A DNA stretch of 24,805 nt, taken from NCBI GenBank assembly GCA_050014495.1, contig JBEKDF010000040.1, positions 1 to 24,805 of the forward strand, in the 5' to 3' direction. This DNA comes from Candidatus Bathyarchaeia archaeon. Lineage in GTDB: Archaea; Thermoproteota; Bathyarchaeia; TCS64. A program made the position numbers and the translations under genes. This document shows positions 6,748-16,798 of this stretch, piece after piece. Each line of letters starts with the position of its first letter. Positions within the stretch are counted from its first letter, which is position 1. Below the pieces are notes generated by a model. It did no database searches. It was not told the origin of the DNA and was given only the letters and a program-made list of their open reading frames with translations.

Positions 6748-7380
6748 ATGGAAATCAAATGGTTAGGCCATGCGAGCTGGATGGTAAAGGCTGCGGGAAA
6801 GGTCATCTATATCGACCCTTATGAGGGGGAGTACATCCCTAAGGGTGAGCTTGTACTCGTGAGCCACTCCCATCAGGATCACTGTAAAGAAGATAAACTG
6901 AAGCAGGCTCTCGGTCCCTCAACGATCTTCATTGCTCCAGCTGACTGCAACAAGGCGGGAGTGAAACCCACAACCCTCAATCCTGGTGACATGATGAAGA
7001 TCGGGGACGTAGAGGTCGAGGCCGTTTGGGCGTATAATATGAAGAGGTTCAGAAGTCCAGGAGTTCCCTTCCACCCTAAGGGATTTGGCGTCGGGTACAT
7101 CATACGAGCTGAGGGAAAGACCATCTACCATACGGGGGATACTGAGTTCATCCCCGAGTTGAAGACTTTGAAGGGCATCGATGTTATGCTCTGCGCAACC
7201 GGCGGCACATACACGATGGATAACGACGAGGCCGCGGATCTCGTCCTCGCGATAAAGCCAAAGGTCGCTATACCCATGCATATTTGGGACACCGACCCGA
7301 TGGTATTCAAGAAGAAGGTGGAGGCGGGCGGTGCCACCAAGGTCGTAATCCTCAAGCCCGGTGACATCTACAAACCTTAG
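6748..7380 (+). CDS. MBL-fold metallo-hydrolase (UPF0173/UlaG-like)
   Basis: MEIKWLGHAS, IYIDPY, SHSHQDH, IYHTGDT, AIPMH motifs; ATG 6748 preferred over track start 6739. Confidence 0.9.
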   Translation: MEIKWLGHASWMVKAAGKVIYIDPYEGEYIPKGELVLVSHSHQDHCKEDKLKQALGPSTIFIAPADCNKAGVKPTTLNPGDMMKIGDVEVEAVWAYNMKRFRSPGVPFHPKGFGVGYIIRAEGKTIYHTGDTEFIPELKTLKGIDVMLCATGGTYTMDNDEAADLVLAIKPKVAIPMHIWDTDPMVFKKKVEAGGATKVVILKPGDIYKP

Positions 7381-7399
7381 TCTTTCTTCCCGCACGTGC

Positions 7400-7942
7400 T
7401 TAAAGGCCAAGTATCTTTAGTATCTCCCGCCTCCTCACTACGCGATAAGCGGGGTGGTAAGCCTCCCTGTACTGGGGGGTATGGTGCTGAGGCTGGGGGG
7501 CGTTCTTGTCTAGGCCCTTATTTATGGCATCGACCTCGTCATGTTCAAAGTTAAGCTGCCCTGACCAGACAAGCTCGGCGAAAGCGTCCCATACGTCTAC
7601 GAAATGCGTGGGGTCCCCAGTGATCTCCGAGTTCCTCATAGCTTCCATCAGGTGGTTGAGGGAGTATCCCTCACGGATGTAGGGGCGGAGGTTCACCCGT
7701 ATAACCGAGCCGTCGAGGGAGACACTCTCTATCAGGGGATCCCCCGGCTGGTCGTTTATGTCGACACCGGCCACCTCCTTCTGGAGATACTCCCAAGCGC
7801 CTGGTCCCATTATATGCCCGACGCCGAATACGCCTTGGTAGAGAAGCTTGTAAACGTCTTTCGCCCTCATCGCGGGTCTTGCACCTTTATGCAAAATGAT
7901 GAGCTCAGCGACCTTCTTCCAAGAACCCATATCTTTGACCAC
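7400..7942 (-). CDS. Conserved hypothetical protein
   Basis: 180 aa; motif-like DVYKLLYQGVFGVGH, RVNLRP, HHTPQYREAYHPAYRVV; function not assignable. Confidence 0.75.
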   Translation of the reverse strand: MVKDMGSWKKVAELIILHKGARPAMRAKDVYKLLYQGVFGVGHIMGPGAWEYLQKEVAGVDINDQPGDPLIESVSLDGSVIRVNLRPYIREGYSLNHLMEAMRNSEITGDPTHFVDVWDAFAELVWSGQLNFEHDEVDAINKGLDKNAPQPQHHTPQYREAYHPAYRVVRRREILKILGL

Positions 7943-8004
7943 TCTGAATCAGCTAATTAAGGGCGTCGAGGTTTTATCGCTTCATAGACAATACGTTAAA
8001 GCGT

Positions 8005-8997
8005 ATGTCTCTAGAGGTTTTTGGGCAAAGGGTCCCACGGAGTTCTGCCGAGACGTTTCAAGCCAAAGTGGGTGAGTTCGCGGATGGCACCCCAATATCG
8101 CTGACGGTCCGAGTCGCTGTCGGAGCGAGGGGTGGACCTAGGGCAGCGTTGCTAGGGGTCCAGCACGGCGACGAGTACAGTGGGATGGAGATCAGCAATA
8201 GAGTATTCGACGGTTTGAACCCCAGTGAGTTCAGGGGGTCACTCATCTCCATCCCCGTCTCCAACCCTCTCGCCTTCAACGTGGCTGAGCGCGCATCCCC
8301 TCCTCCTATGGGGTACGAGAATCTGAATATGAACAGGGTCTGGCCCGGGGACCGGAATGGGCTTATGATGGAGCGGATAGCAGCAACAGTTTGGGACGAG
8401 GTAATCAAGGGATCCGATCTAGTCGTTGACCTCCACGAGGGGGGCCGAGCCTTCATGGCTAGATATATTCACGCCCGCGGGACCCCTGAGACAGAGAAAC
8501 TCGTCGGGGAGCAAAATAAAAAGCTCTACAGACTCTTCGGACAGGGTGTGCCTGTCCTCGGAGGTGTCAACACCCATCCAAGCATGATGGGGAGTCTCAG
8601 TATACAGGCGGGACTCGTCGGGATACCCACTCTAAGCCCTGAACTGGGTGGCGGAGGCAGACTATGGGATGATCTGGTCTCGACAGGTGTGCAGGGCGTG
8701 AAGAATGTCCTTATCGGTATGGGAATGATGAATGAGAAGCCAATAGACTCCGACTCTAAGCAGCTGGTTAGTGACGGGAGCAGCTGGCCGAAGACCGAGC
8801 ACGGCGGTGTGATGTATAACAGAATAGAACTCGGTACCGTTGTCGAAAAAGGAACCCTTCTAGGTGTACTCAAGGATACAGCAGGGCGTGTCTTAGAGGA
8901 GTGCAAAGCGCCCTACAAGTCCGTGATCTTCGACACTAGGTACCAGCCAACCATCTACCCAGGGGACTGGACCTATCATTGCGGGCGGCTAATCTAG
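8005..8997 (+). CDS. Succinylglutamate desuccinylase/aspartoacylase family (M14-like)
   Basis: HGDE, NPLAF, NMNRVWPG, DLHEG, ELGGG motifs and C-terminal biotinyl-like barrel. Confidence 0.9.
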   Translation: MSLEVFGQRVPRSSAETFQAKVGEFADGTPISLTVRVAVGARGGPRAALLGVQHGDEYSGMEISNRVFDGLNPSEFRGSLISIPVSNPLAFNVAERASPPPMGYENLNMNRVWPGDRNGLMMERIAATVWDEVIKGSDLVVDLHEGGRAFMARYIHARGTPETEKLVGEQNKKLYRLFGQGVPVLGGVNTHPSMMGSLSIQAGLVGIPTLSPELGGGGRLWDDLVSTGVQGVKNVLIGMGMMNEKPIDSDSKQLVSDGSSWPKTEHGGVMYNRIELGTVVEKGTLLGVLKDTAGRVLEECKAPYKSVIFDTRYQPTIYPGDWTYHCGRLI

Positions 8998-9663
8998 CTT
9001 CTTCCTCTCCACGAGCTTGATAGCTCCCCTGGGGCAGGTGGAGACGCATAACCCGCAGCCAAAGCACCTTGTTCTGTCGTACTTCTTCTTAGACTCGACC
9101 ATGCTCCGTGCGCCGAGGGCACATCTATCAGCGCACTTCCCGCAGTTAATGCACTTCGATTCGTCGTCTACTGCTATGAGCTTCGATGTGAGGACCTGAG
9201 TTGTTATCCCATGGCCAATTATGCCGCCCAATGTGTGGCAGCAACAGGTGCAGCAGCTGCATATTAGCTGGGGCTTCTCCTCTCCCTTGAAGACATAGGC
9301 CATGTGGACGAGTCCCGCCTCGTGGCTTCTTCTGAGCGCGTCGAGCGCCTCATCCACGTTGACCCTGCGGGTATGATTGTTCGGCCACTTCTCGGCGTAA
9401 TCGTTACCCACGTTCACGGCTAAGCAGGTGTCAAGGGGTGAGTCGCAGTTGTGGTGGAGCGTACGGCACCCGCAGTCCTGGAGGAAGATGTTCTCCGAGT
9501 CCCTCAGGATCTTCTCCACCTCGCTTAGGTCGAGGACCCTATGCTCCGCTTCCATCTCCACGTTTACTGGTACTGCCACTGCGGAGGTCAGATCACCCGC
9601 GATGTCTCTAAGTTCCTTCTCACTGTAATAGCTCCGTTCGTCGGTTTTCTTCTTATGTGGCAC
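8989..9663 (-). CDS. 4Fe-4S dicluster protein with extra Cys-rich N-terminal region
   Basis: CGCR, C..C, ICSCCTCCC, then CINCGKCADRC and CFGCGLCVSTCP. Confidence 0.88.
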   Translation of the reverse strand: MPHKKKTDERSYYSEKELRDIAGDLTSAVAVPVNVEMEAEHRVLDLSEVEKILRDSENIFLQDCGCRTLHHNCDSPLDTCLAVNVGNDYAEKWPNNHTRRVNVDEALDALRRSHEAGLVHMAYVFKGEEKPQLICSCCTCCCHTLGGIIGHGITTQVLTSKLIAVDDESKCINCGKCADRCALGARSMVESKKKYDRTRCFGCGLCVSTCPRGAIKLVERKKLD

Positions 9664-9740
9664 GATTTCTAGGTGTGCCAGCCACTTATAAAAAAGGTCA
9701 TCTGAAAACGATTATCTCTCGCGAGGTCTCCGTTCTTAGT

Positions 9741-10208
9741 ATGGTTAAAATAGGAGTAATGATCTGCGACAGGAACCGAACATGCACCGGGAACAAGTGT
9801 TTCAAGTCCATTATCGAAAGAGACGGCGTCTTTTCCAAGTACCCCAAGGACGAGCCAATTGAGGTCGTTGGCTGGATGGCATGTGGGGGCTGCCCTGGGG
9901 AGCGCCTCGAGGCCGCACCAGCAGACATGAAGAAGTACGGCGCTGAAGTCATTCTACTCGCGAGTTGTTACTTGGCTGGATATCCTATCTGTCCCTACAT
10001 TGAGGATCACAAGAAGTACATAGAGAATGTCGTCGGCCTACCAGTTTTAGTGGGGACACATCCGATGCCCGCAAACTACATCAAGGCACACACTAAGGCG
10101 GAGGACTGGAAGAGGGACAGCGCTGAGAAGTGGCTGACTGATATAACTGGCGACCAAGGTAAGGCAGATAAGTACGACTCCACGAATCCCAACTTCCTAA
10201 AGAGGTAA
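9741..10208 (+). CDS. CGGC domain protein
   Basis: MVKIGVMICDR..CTGNKCF..CGGCPG..ASC..CP..VGTH; ATG 9741 preferred over track start 9657. Confidence 0.9.
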   Translation: MVKIGVMICDRNRTCTGNKCFKSIIERDGVFSKYPKDEPIEVVGWMACGGCPGERLEAAPADMKKYGAEVILLASCYLAGYPICPYIEDHKKYIENVVGLPVLVGTHPMPANYIKAHTKAEDWKRDSAEKWLTDITGDQGKADKYDSTNPNFLKR

Positions 10209-10330
10209 CCCTCTTTACCAGCTACCCCTAAATTCTAACATCAAATCCGAGGATAGGGAGCTGGAGGGGATAAAGCGGCGAATGCTCGAGAGGATGATTA
10301 ACCCGCTGTCGAAATTGAATACCCTTAGGA

Positions 10331-10489
10331 GTGGGGGTCGTGAACATCCTTACGGATGCGAACTTCGATCAAGCTGTGGTTGGCGTCACGCAGCCCCTCC
10401 TCGTAGACTTTTGGGCGGATTGGTGCATGCCCGCGCGCGTGCATCACGGGCTCCGTCTCCTAGCTCTGGGTCCTAGCTACCTTTACTGA
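10331..10489 (+). pseudogene. Truncated thioredoxin (N-terminal third)
   Basis: GTG 10331: [34 protein letters not shown], then similarity is lost (second Cys absent) and the frame runs into the convergent ybaK 3' end. Confidence 0.8.
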
Positions 10490-10945
10490 TGTGATTTTAA
10501 GCGCTTTCTGTATCTCCACTGGGGTAATCTCGAGTATGAAGCCACGCTGCCCGCCATTTATGTAGAACCTGGGCATCTGGAGGATGGTCCCCTCAGCGTA
10601 TACGGGCATTTGACGCTTCGTGCCGAATGGGCTTATGCCTCCGACGAGGTACCCGGTGTGGCGCTGGGCGTCCTTCACTTCGCAAGGCTGTACAGCCTTA
10701 GCACTGATCTGACGTGCGAGGTCTTTGAGACTAACCTCCATGTCCCCGTGCTGGAGCACCACGATGGGCTCACCGTCTTCCCTCTGCATGATGAGCGTCT
10801 TCACGACGTCGTGGAGATCAACACCGAGGCCCTCAGCCGCTACATCGCTTCCCTTCCTCTGGTAGTCGTAGGTGTGCTTCGTGTAGGCCACCCCAAGACC
10901 GTCGAGGTAGGCTGTGGCGGGGGTGGACGGGAACCGCTTCGACAT
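10460..10945 (-). CDS. ybaK: YbaK/EbsC family aminoacyl-tRNA deacylase
   Basis: True start ATG 10945 ([11 protein letters not shown]); [24 protein letters not shown]; the longer 364-aa track ORF is antisense to the next gene. Confidence 0.9.
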   Translation of the reverse strand: MSKRFPSTPATAYLDGLGVAYTKHTYDYQRKGSDVAAEGLGVDLHDVVKTLIMQREDGEPIVVLQHGDMEVSLKDLARQISAKAVQPCEVKDAQRHTGYLVGGISPFGTKRQMPVYAEGTILQMPRFYINGGQRGFILEITPVEIQKALKITSVKVARTQS

Positions 10946-11023
10946 AGTCACAGATTTCCCTCTAAAGCCGTTTAGGGTTATCGGCGCCATATATAAAATA
11001 CCCCATACCCAATGTAGAGGGTA

Positions 11024-12145
11024 ATGGTCAGTATTGAAAAGATCAGGGCGGACTTCCCAGTCCTCAAGGAGTGGGTTTACCTCGACAACGCCTTCGTCGG
11101 ACTCATGCCCCGGCAAGTTCGTGAGGGTTATATTCGCTGGGTGGACGAGTGGTTCGGCTTCGACATTGGGAAGAGAACGATCCTTGACGGGTGGTTGGAG
11201 AAGGCTGGTATCGTCAGGGGGATGATCGCGTCCTTCATCGGGGCATCCCCTAAGGAGATAGCGTACACTATGTGCACAGGCTCTGGCCTCAATATAGTTA
11301 TCAATGGTACTGAGTGGGAGAAGGGGGACAACATCGTCTTCCCCGAATGGGAGCACAACCCGTTGGAGACATATATGACGAGACGCGCGGGTGTTAAGTC
11401 GAGGGTCTGGATGTCGAGGGACGGGAGATTCGACGTCTCTGACTTGGAGAAGCTCCTCGATGACAGGACCCGGCTCGTTCAGGTGAGCCAGGTTAGCTAT
11501 GTTAATGGTTTCAGGGCGGATCTCGGGGAGGTCGCTAAGGTCGTCCACGAACACGGAGCAAAGCTACTTGTGGACGCCACACAGGCCGTCGGCGCTCTCA
11601 AAGTCGATTACAAGCGGGACGGGTCTGACTACGTCTCATTCGCCCCCTACAAGTACCTGATGGGCCCTGCAGGCCTCGCCTTCCTCTACATTGATGAGAA
11701 ATCAATTCCTGAGCTCACCCCCGACCGGACGGGGTGGAAGAACCAGATCTGGGAGGGAGCCCACGCAGAGGAAAGAACCCCTGAGGACACTGCCGAGAAG
11801 TTTGAGTACGGTACAATAAATTTCCAGGGAGTCTACGCCATGGAGGAGTCGCTAAAGTACTTGAATCGTCTTGGCATGGACTACGTCGAGAAGAGGGTGC
11901 TCGACACTACTGGGTATCTGCACAGGCGGCTTGGCGAGCTTGGGAAGGAACTCTGGACGCCGGAGGGGAACGAGTCCCCCGTCGTCAGTTACAATCAGGT
12001 GGGCGCTGTCGAGCTCGTGGAGAGGTTGAAGAGGGGAAAGATCAAGGTCACCGGACGCGAGGCCCATGGTGGCCATATGAGGGTCTCAGCCCACTTTTAC
12101 AACACACGAAGCGATGTCGACAAACTCATCGAGGCAACAAACTAG
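11024..12145 (+). CDS. Class V PLP-dependent enzyme (cysteine desulfurase/selenocysteine lyase-like fold)
   Basis: VYLDNA, EH, LVDATQAVG, PYKYLMGPAG (PLP Lys), RVSAHFYNT. Confidence 0.9.
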   Translation: MVSIEKIRADFPVLKEWVYLDNAFVGLMPRQVREGYIRWVDEWFGFDIGKRTILDGWLEKAGIVRGMIASFIGASPKEIAYTMCTGSGLNIVINGTEWEKGDNIVFPEWEHNPLETYMTRRAGVKSRVWMSRDGRFDVSDLEKLLDDRTRLVQVSQVSYVNGFRADLGEVAKVVHEHGAKLLVDATQAVGALKVDYKRDGSDYVSFAPYKYLMGPAGLAFLYIDEKSIPELTPDRTGWKNQIWEGAHAEERTPEDTAEKFEYGTINFQGVYAMEESLKYLNRLGMDYVEKRVLDTTGYLHRRLGELGKELWTPEGNESPVVSYNQVGAVELVERLKRGKIKVTGREAHGGHMRVSAHFYNTRSDVDKLIEATN

Positions 12146-12159
12146 CCTAGACTACTTCT

Positions 12160-12184
12160 GAAGGCGAAGCGAAACTTCGCTTTC
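12160..12184 (+). terminator. Hairpin after the class V gene
   Basis: GAAGGCGAAG-CGAAA-CTTCGCTTTC, 10-bp stem with one G-U, 15 nt after the stop. Confidence 0.35.
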
Positions 12185-12281
12185 ACGACTCAACTGGAAG
12201 TGAAAATACTTACACGCGTAAAAATAGTCTAAAAGACCTTTTAAGAATATCAAATCCCTCCTATTGGCAGGTTAATCAACG

Positions 12282-13106
12282 TTGATTGAGATTCGTTTCC
12301 ACGGCAGGGGCGGGCAGGGCGCTGTGACTGCCGTAAAGATATTGGCAGCAGCAATATACCTCGAAGGAAAATATACGCAGGCAATTCCGATGTACGGCAC
12401 AGAAAGGCGCGGCGCGCCCGTTGTCGCCTTCTGCCGCGTCGACGATACTCGCATCATGGAACGCGACCTTGTACACGAACCCGATATAGTCGTCGTCCTC
12501 GACCCCCTCCTAAGCAGAAGCGTAGATGTCACGGAGGGTCTCAAGCCAGGCGGCCTTGTACTCATCAACTACCCGGGCACTTACAAAGAGACGGGGCTCG
12601 CCGGCAACTTCAAGATTATAACCGTCGATGCCACAAAGATAGCGCTCGATGTCATAGGGAGACCTATTACGAACACAGCGATACTCGGCGCATTCGCGAA
12701 GGCGACGGGGCTCGTTAAGCTTGAGTCTCTAGAGGAGGCAATCAAAGGTGAGCTGCCGAGCAGAATCATAGCTACGAATGTCGAGACGATGCGGAGGGCC
12801 TACAAGGAGACCTCCGCTCAGGCCGACGCCTCAGGCCTCAAGCAGGCTAAGATAGTCAAGAAGGCGTCCACGGCTCCGCTCATCTCCTACTCCAGAGTTG
12901 TCTCAGACTGGAGGGTTTCGCACCCGGTTATCGATAAGGCGAAGTGTGTGGGGTGCAAGAGGTGTTGGGTTTACTGCCCAGAGATAGCGGTGAGTATAGT
13001 CGATGGGAAGGCTGAGATTAACTACGACTATTGTAAAGGTTGCGGTATCTGCTCCGAGGAGTGTCTCGTGGGAGCGATAAAGATGGAGAGGGAAGAGGTG
13101 CAATGA
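12282..13106 (+). CDS. 2-oxoacid:ferredoxin oxidoreductase gamma subunit fused to delta (ferredoxin) subunit
   Basis: [21 protein letters not shown]-terminal [15 protein letters not shown] and [11 protein letters not shown]. Confidence 0.93.
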
Positions 13107-13107
13107 G

Positions 13108-14364
13108 ATGAAGTCAGAAGTAATGGTCGGTAACAAGGCGGTCGCCTACGCGGTTAAGCTCGCCAGGGCAAACCTAATAGCAGCGTACCCAATCACACCC
13201 CAGACCACTATCGTTGAGTATCTATCTGATTTCGTGGCGAGCGGAGAGCTTCCCGCGGAGTTCGTGACGGTTGAGGGAGAGATCACAGCGCAGCTCGTCT
13301 GCCTCAGCGGCTCCATCGCGGGCGCAAGGGCCTTCACGGCCACCTCAGGGGAGGGACTGCTCTATATGTCCCACGCCCTCCACCACACAGCGCGCTACTG
13401 GGCACCAGTCGTCATGGCGGTCGTGAATAGGAGCGTCAGGACGATGCAACCCGACCACACAGACCTCCTCGCACAGAGGGAGACAGGCTGGATACAGCTC
13501 TACTGTGAGAACAACCAAGAGGTCCTCGACACAGGCATCATGGCGTACAAGATCGCCGAGGATGACCGTGTACGCCTCCCCGTCGCCTTCGCACTCGACG
13601 GCTATGTCCTCAGCTTCACTGCTGAGCCGGTCACAATTCCCGAGCAGGATAAGGTCGACAGCTTCCTCAAACCATTCAAGAGCAAGTACCCCGTCCTGCC
13701 GGAGACCTGGGACGCGGAGCTGGAGGAGTATAAGAAGCATTGGCAGCAGGGTAAGGGCATCAACGAGCCATTCACGCCCTTCACGGGCGACGAGAACTTC
13801 TCACACCTCACGATGATCAGCTGGGGAAAGGGCCATGACCTCCAGTGGAGGTGGAAGGCGCACCAGGAGGCGATGATGAGGGCGAAGAAGGTTATAAAAG
13901 GGGTTGACGAGGAGTACGGAAAGCTCTTCGGTAGGAACTACGGCGGGCTGCTCGAGGAGTACCGCTGCGATGACGCCGAGGCAGTCATCGTCGCCATGGG
14001 CACGCTCGCAAGCACATCACGCGTCGTCGTGGATAACCTGCGGAAGCAGGGCAAACACGTCGGCCTTGTCAAGCTCAAGTCCTACAGGCCATTCCCGGAC
14101 GAGGAGTTCAGGGACATCGGGAAGAGAGTCAAAGCCATCGGAGTCATTGACCGCAACATCTCCCTAGGTGAGGGAGGCATCGTCTACGGTTCCGTGAGAA
14201 GCGCTGTCTATGACCTTGATGAGAGACCGAAGGTCCTCGGTTACTATGCTGGACTCGCGGGGAGGGAGGTCAGAGTAAGGGATATAGAGAAGGCAGCCGA
14301 GAAGACTCTGAAGGCAGCTAGTGGCGAAAATGTGGACTCCCCCGTCAGCTGGATAGGGGGTTGA
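13108..14364 (+). CDS. 2-oxoacid:ferredoxin oxidoreductase alpha subunit (PorA-like)
   Basis: AYPITPQT, TATSGEG, VNRS, RPFP, GLAGRE motifs. Confidence 0.93.
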   Translation: MKSEVMVGNKAVAYAVKLARANLIAAYPITPQTTIVEYLSDFVASGELPAEFVTVEGEITAQLVCLSGSIAGARAFTATSGEGLLYMSHALHHTARYWAPVVMAVVNRSVRTMQPDHTDLLAQRETGWIQLYCENNQEVLDTGIMAYKIAEDDRVRLPVAFALDGYVLSFTAEPVTIPEQDKVDSFLKPFKSKYPVLPETWDAELEEYKKHWQQGKGINEPFTPFTGDENFSHLTMISWGKGHDLQWRWKAHQEAMMRAKKVIKGVDEEYGKLFGRNYGGLLEEYRCDDAEAVIVAMGTLASTSRVVVDNLRKQGKHVGLVKLKSYRPFPDEEFRDIGKRVKAIGVIDRNISLGEGGIVYGSVRSAVYDLDERPKVLGYYAGLAGREVRVRDIEKAAEKTLKAASGENVDSPVSWIGG

Positions 14365-14368
14365 TTGT

Positions 14369-15265
14369 ATGAGCAAGAAAATGAGCATACTGGATCTCCG
14401 CGAGGAGGAGGTCATGTGGCCAGGTAACCCCGCTTGTCAGGGTTGCGGTGGATCTATCGTTGGTAGGCTAATCTTCAAGGCTCTGGGCAGGAACTCAGCG
14501 CGCGTCGAGGTCGCCTCGTGCGCACCCGGCTTCATGAACATACGCGTGCCCAGCTTCTTCGGCCCAGCTTTCGAAGGCGCTGCAGCCTTCATGACGGGTC
14601 TCTCTCGGGGCTACAAGATCATCGGTCGCGAGGACATTGTGGTCGCGGGCCTCATCGGCGACGGTGGGACGGTGGATATTGGGTTCCAGGGCCTCTCTGG
14701 AGCTGCTGAGCGGAACGAGAACGTGATTTGGTTCACATATGACAACGAGGCATACATGAACACGGGCGGGCAGCGGAGCAGCGCCACACCCGAGTACGCA
14801 CAGACTACGACGACACCAATCGCGAAGATGAGCAGGGGGAAAACATCGGAGAAGAAGAATGTCCCAATGATAATCGCCCTACACCATGTACCATATGTCT
14901 CAACAGCCTCGGTTGCCTACCCCGAGGATCTAACGGCGAAGATCGTCTACGCTAAGGAACTCAAAGGATTTAGGTACATGCATATATTCAGCCCCTGCCC
15001 AACGGGCTGGGGTACTGACCCAAAGGACACCATCAAGATCGCGAGACTATCCGTCGAATCGGGCCTCTGGCCCCTATACGAGATACTGGACGGGCGCCAC
15101 ATGAAGCTGACCTACAAGCCTAGGGAGCTGAAACCCGTCTCCGAGGTGCTCAAGATGCAGGGTAGGTTCAGGCATCTTAACGACGAGGAGATCTCGTCCA
15201 TACAGGAGGCTACAACGGAGAACTGGTCGCGGCTTCTGTCGATAGATGGCAAGGACATCTTCTAG
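14369..15265 (+). CDS. 2-oxoacid:ferredoxin oxidoreductase beta subunit (TPP-binding, PorB-like)
   Basis: ACQGCG, GDGGTVDIG, DNEAYMNTGGQRS, SPCPTGW. Confidence 0.93.
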   Translation: MSKKMSILDLREEEVMWPGNPACQGCGGSIVGRLIFKALGRNSARVEVASCAPGFMNIRVPSFFGPAFEGAAAFMTGLSRGYKIIGREDIVVAGLIGDGGTVDIGFQGLSGAAERNENVIWFTYDNEAYMNTGGQRSSATPEYAQTTTTPIAKMSRGKTSEKKNVPMIIALHHVPYVSTASVAYPEDLTAKIVYAKELKGFRYMHIFSPCPTGWGTDPKDTIKIARLSVESGLWPLYEILDGRHMKLTYKPRELKPVSEVLKMQGRFRHLNDEEISSIQEATTENWSRLLSIDGKDIF

Positions 15266-15357
15266 TCCCCGCCATCGATAGCTCTACTCCGAAGTGAACC
15301 ATATTTCTCGTTTCGGGTAATAACCACAGAGTGATAGCGTAGGGGAGAGAAAGGCTC

Positions 15358-15618
15358 CTAGCCCCATCTGGAGACGAGGAACTGAACCACAATCAGAGTC
15401 GCGAACCAGAAGATGAGGTCCAACGCAAGAAACATCACGTCCACGGACCATCTATTAACAGGCCCAGCAATCGTGTCAAGTGTGTTAGTGCCCCATATCA
15501 GTGGCAGTCCATAATCGACCCTCATGAGATCGGGGACTGAGTAAGTTGAACCCCAAAGCATTGCGACAAGCGCCACAACGACAGCGACTACGCTCGCGAC
15601 CAAAACAGTATTTTTCAT
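15358..15618 (-). CDS. Small two-TM membrane protein
   Basis: 86 aa; two hydrophobic segments flanking YGLPLIWG. Confidence 0.65.
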   Translation of the reverse strand: MKNTVLVASVVAVVVALVAMLWGSTYSVPDLMRVDYGLPLIWGTNTLDTIAGPVNRWSVDVMFLALDLIFWFATLIVVQFLVSRWG

Positions 15619-15748
15619 TGATGATCTGGCGAAATGGGGCTAATTATAGCTATCGTGAGCCCTCCACAATAATGATACAACTATATAGTTATGTCGTTAT
15701 GACCACTCTACGTCTAGCGATGTAGGGCTTAAAGCTGGTACCTGGGTT

Positions 15749-16555
15749 ATGACGGCGATACTCAAGTGGGCTGGGGGGAAGAGGAGCCTGATACAGGCCA
15801 TCCTCGCAACATTCCCGCCTGATTACGAGGAACGCCCGTATCACGAGCCCTTCATAGGTGGGGGCGCCGTATTCTTCACCGTCAAACCTAAGAGAGGAAC
15901 CGTGAACGATGTCAACCCACGACTGATAAACTTCTACAAGATCGTGAGAGACGAGCCAAACAAGCTCATCGCAGAGGCGTCAACCTATAGATACGATAGG
16001 GATACCTACTATAAGCTAAGGGATAGGTTCAACGAGGGTAGACTCCCCCCGATAGAGGACGCCGCCCTCCTTCTCTACTTGAATAAGACGGGGTATAACG
16101 GTCTCTACAGGGTTAACAGCAGAGGCGTCTTCAATGTCCCCTTTGGTACATACAAGAACCCCACAATTGTCCCAAAGGAAGACATCTACTCCGCGAGCAA
16201 GGCACTGAGACGGGTGGAGATCAAGAACCAAGACTTTTCCTATCTCCTAGATTCCACCGATGAGGGAGATGTCGTCTACCTAGACCCTCCCTACGAGCCT
16301 CTCAGCAGGACATCCAACTTCAACACTTACAGCCCAAATGGCTTCCCCTGGGCTGAACAGATTAGACTAAGCAAGATGATCCGCGAACTCGATGCACGCG
16401 GCATCCTATTCGTCCTAAGTAACAGTGAACCGGTCAAGAAGCTCTATAAGGGCTTCAATACCACGACCGTGCACGCCAACCGCAGCATAAACATGAAGAC
16501 CACCGGTAGAGGTCCGATAAAGGAGATCATAGTAACCAACATTAAAAAAAAGTAG
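15749..16555 (+). CDS. DNA adenine methyltransferase, Dam/D12 family
   Basis: LKWAGGK, EPFIGGG, NGLYRVN, FNVPFG, YLDPPY, LSNS. Confidence 0.93.
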   Translation: MTAILKWAGGKRSLIQAILATFPPDYEERPYHEPFIGGGAVFFTVKPKRGTVNDVNPRLINFYKIVRDEPNKLIAEASTYRYDRDTYYKLRDRFNEGRLPPIEDAALLLYLNKTGYNGLYRVNSRGVFNVPFGTYKNPTIVPKEDIYSASKALRRVEIKNQDFSYLLDSTDEGDVVYLDPPYEPLSRTSNFNTYSPNGFPWAEQIRLSKMIRELDARGILFVLSNSEPVKKLYKGFNTTTVHANRSINMKTTGRGPIKEIIVTNIKKK

Positions 16556-16798
16556 GGTAATTTACCTAATCAGAAATAGTAACTCTTCCGATGAAGGTAT
16601 CTTTAAATCACGTGTGTAAGAACAAAATAAACCGAAGACCTTCCACCACACCTCCACGATGAATTAAAATAGTTAAACCCGCTAAACAGTAAAAACAGCT
16701 AAAAAAGCGAAAATGTGGCGATGGCAATAGACCCCCTTTGTACATGCGCTAGGAAACAGACCCCCAACTATTATCAAGCCAAACGAGCAACAGCTACC

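Noticed and set aside
10946..11554. N-terminal extension of the 364-aa YbaK ORF (apparent fusion)
   Set aside because: Antisense to the class V PLP gene; YbaK similarity begins at ATG 10945.
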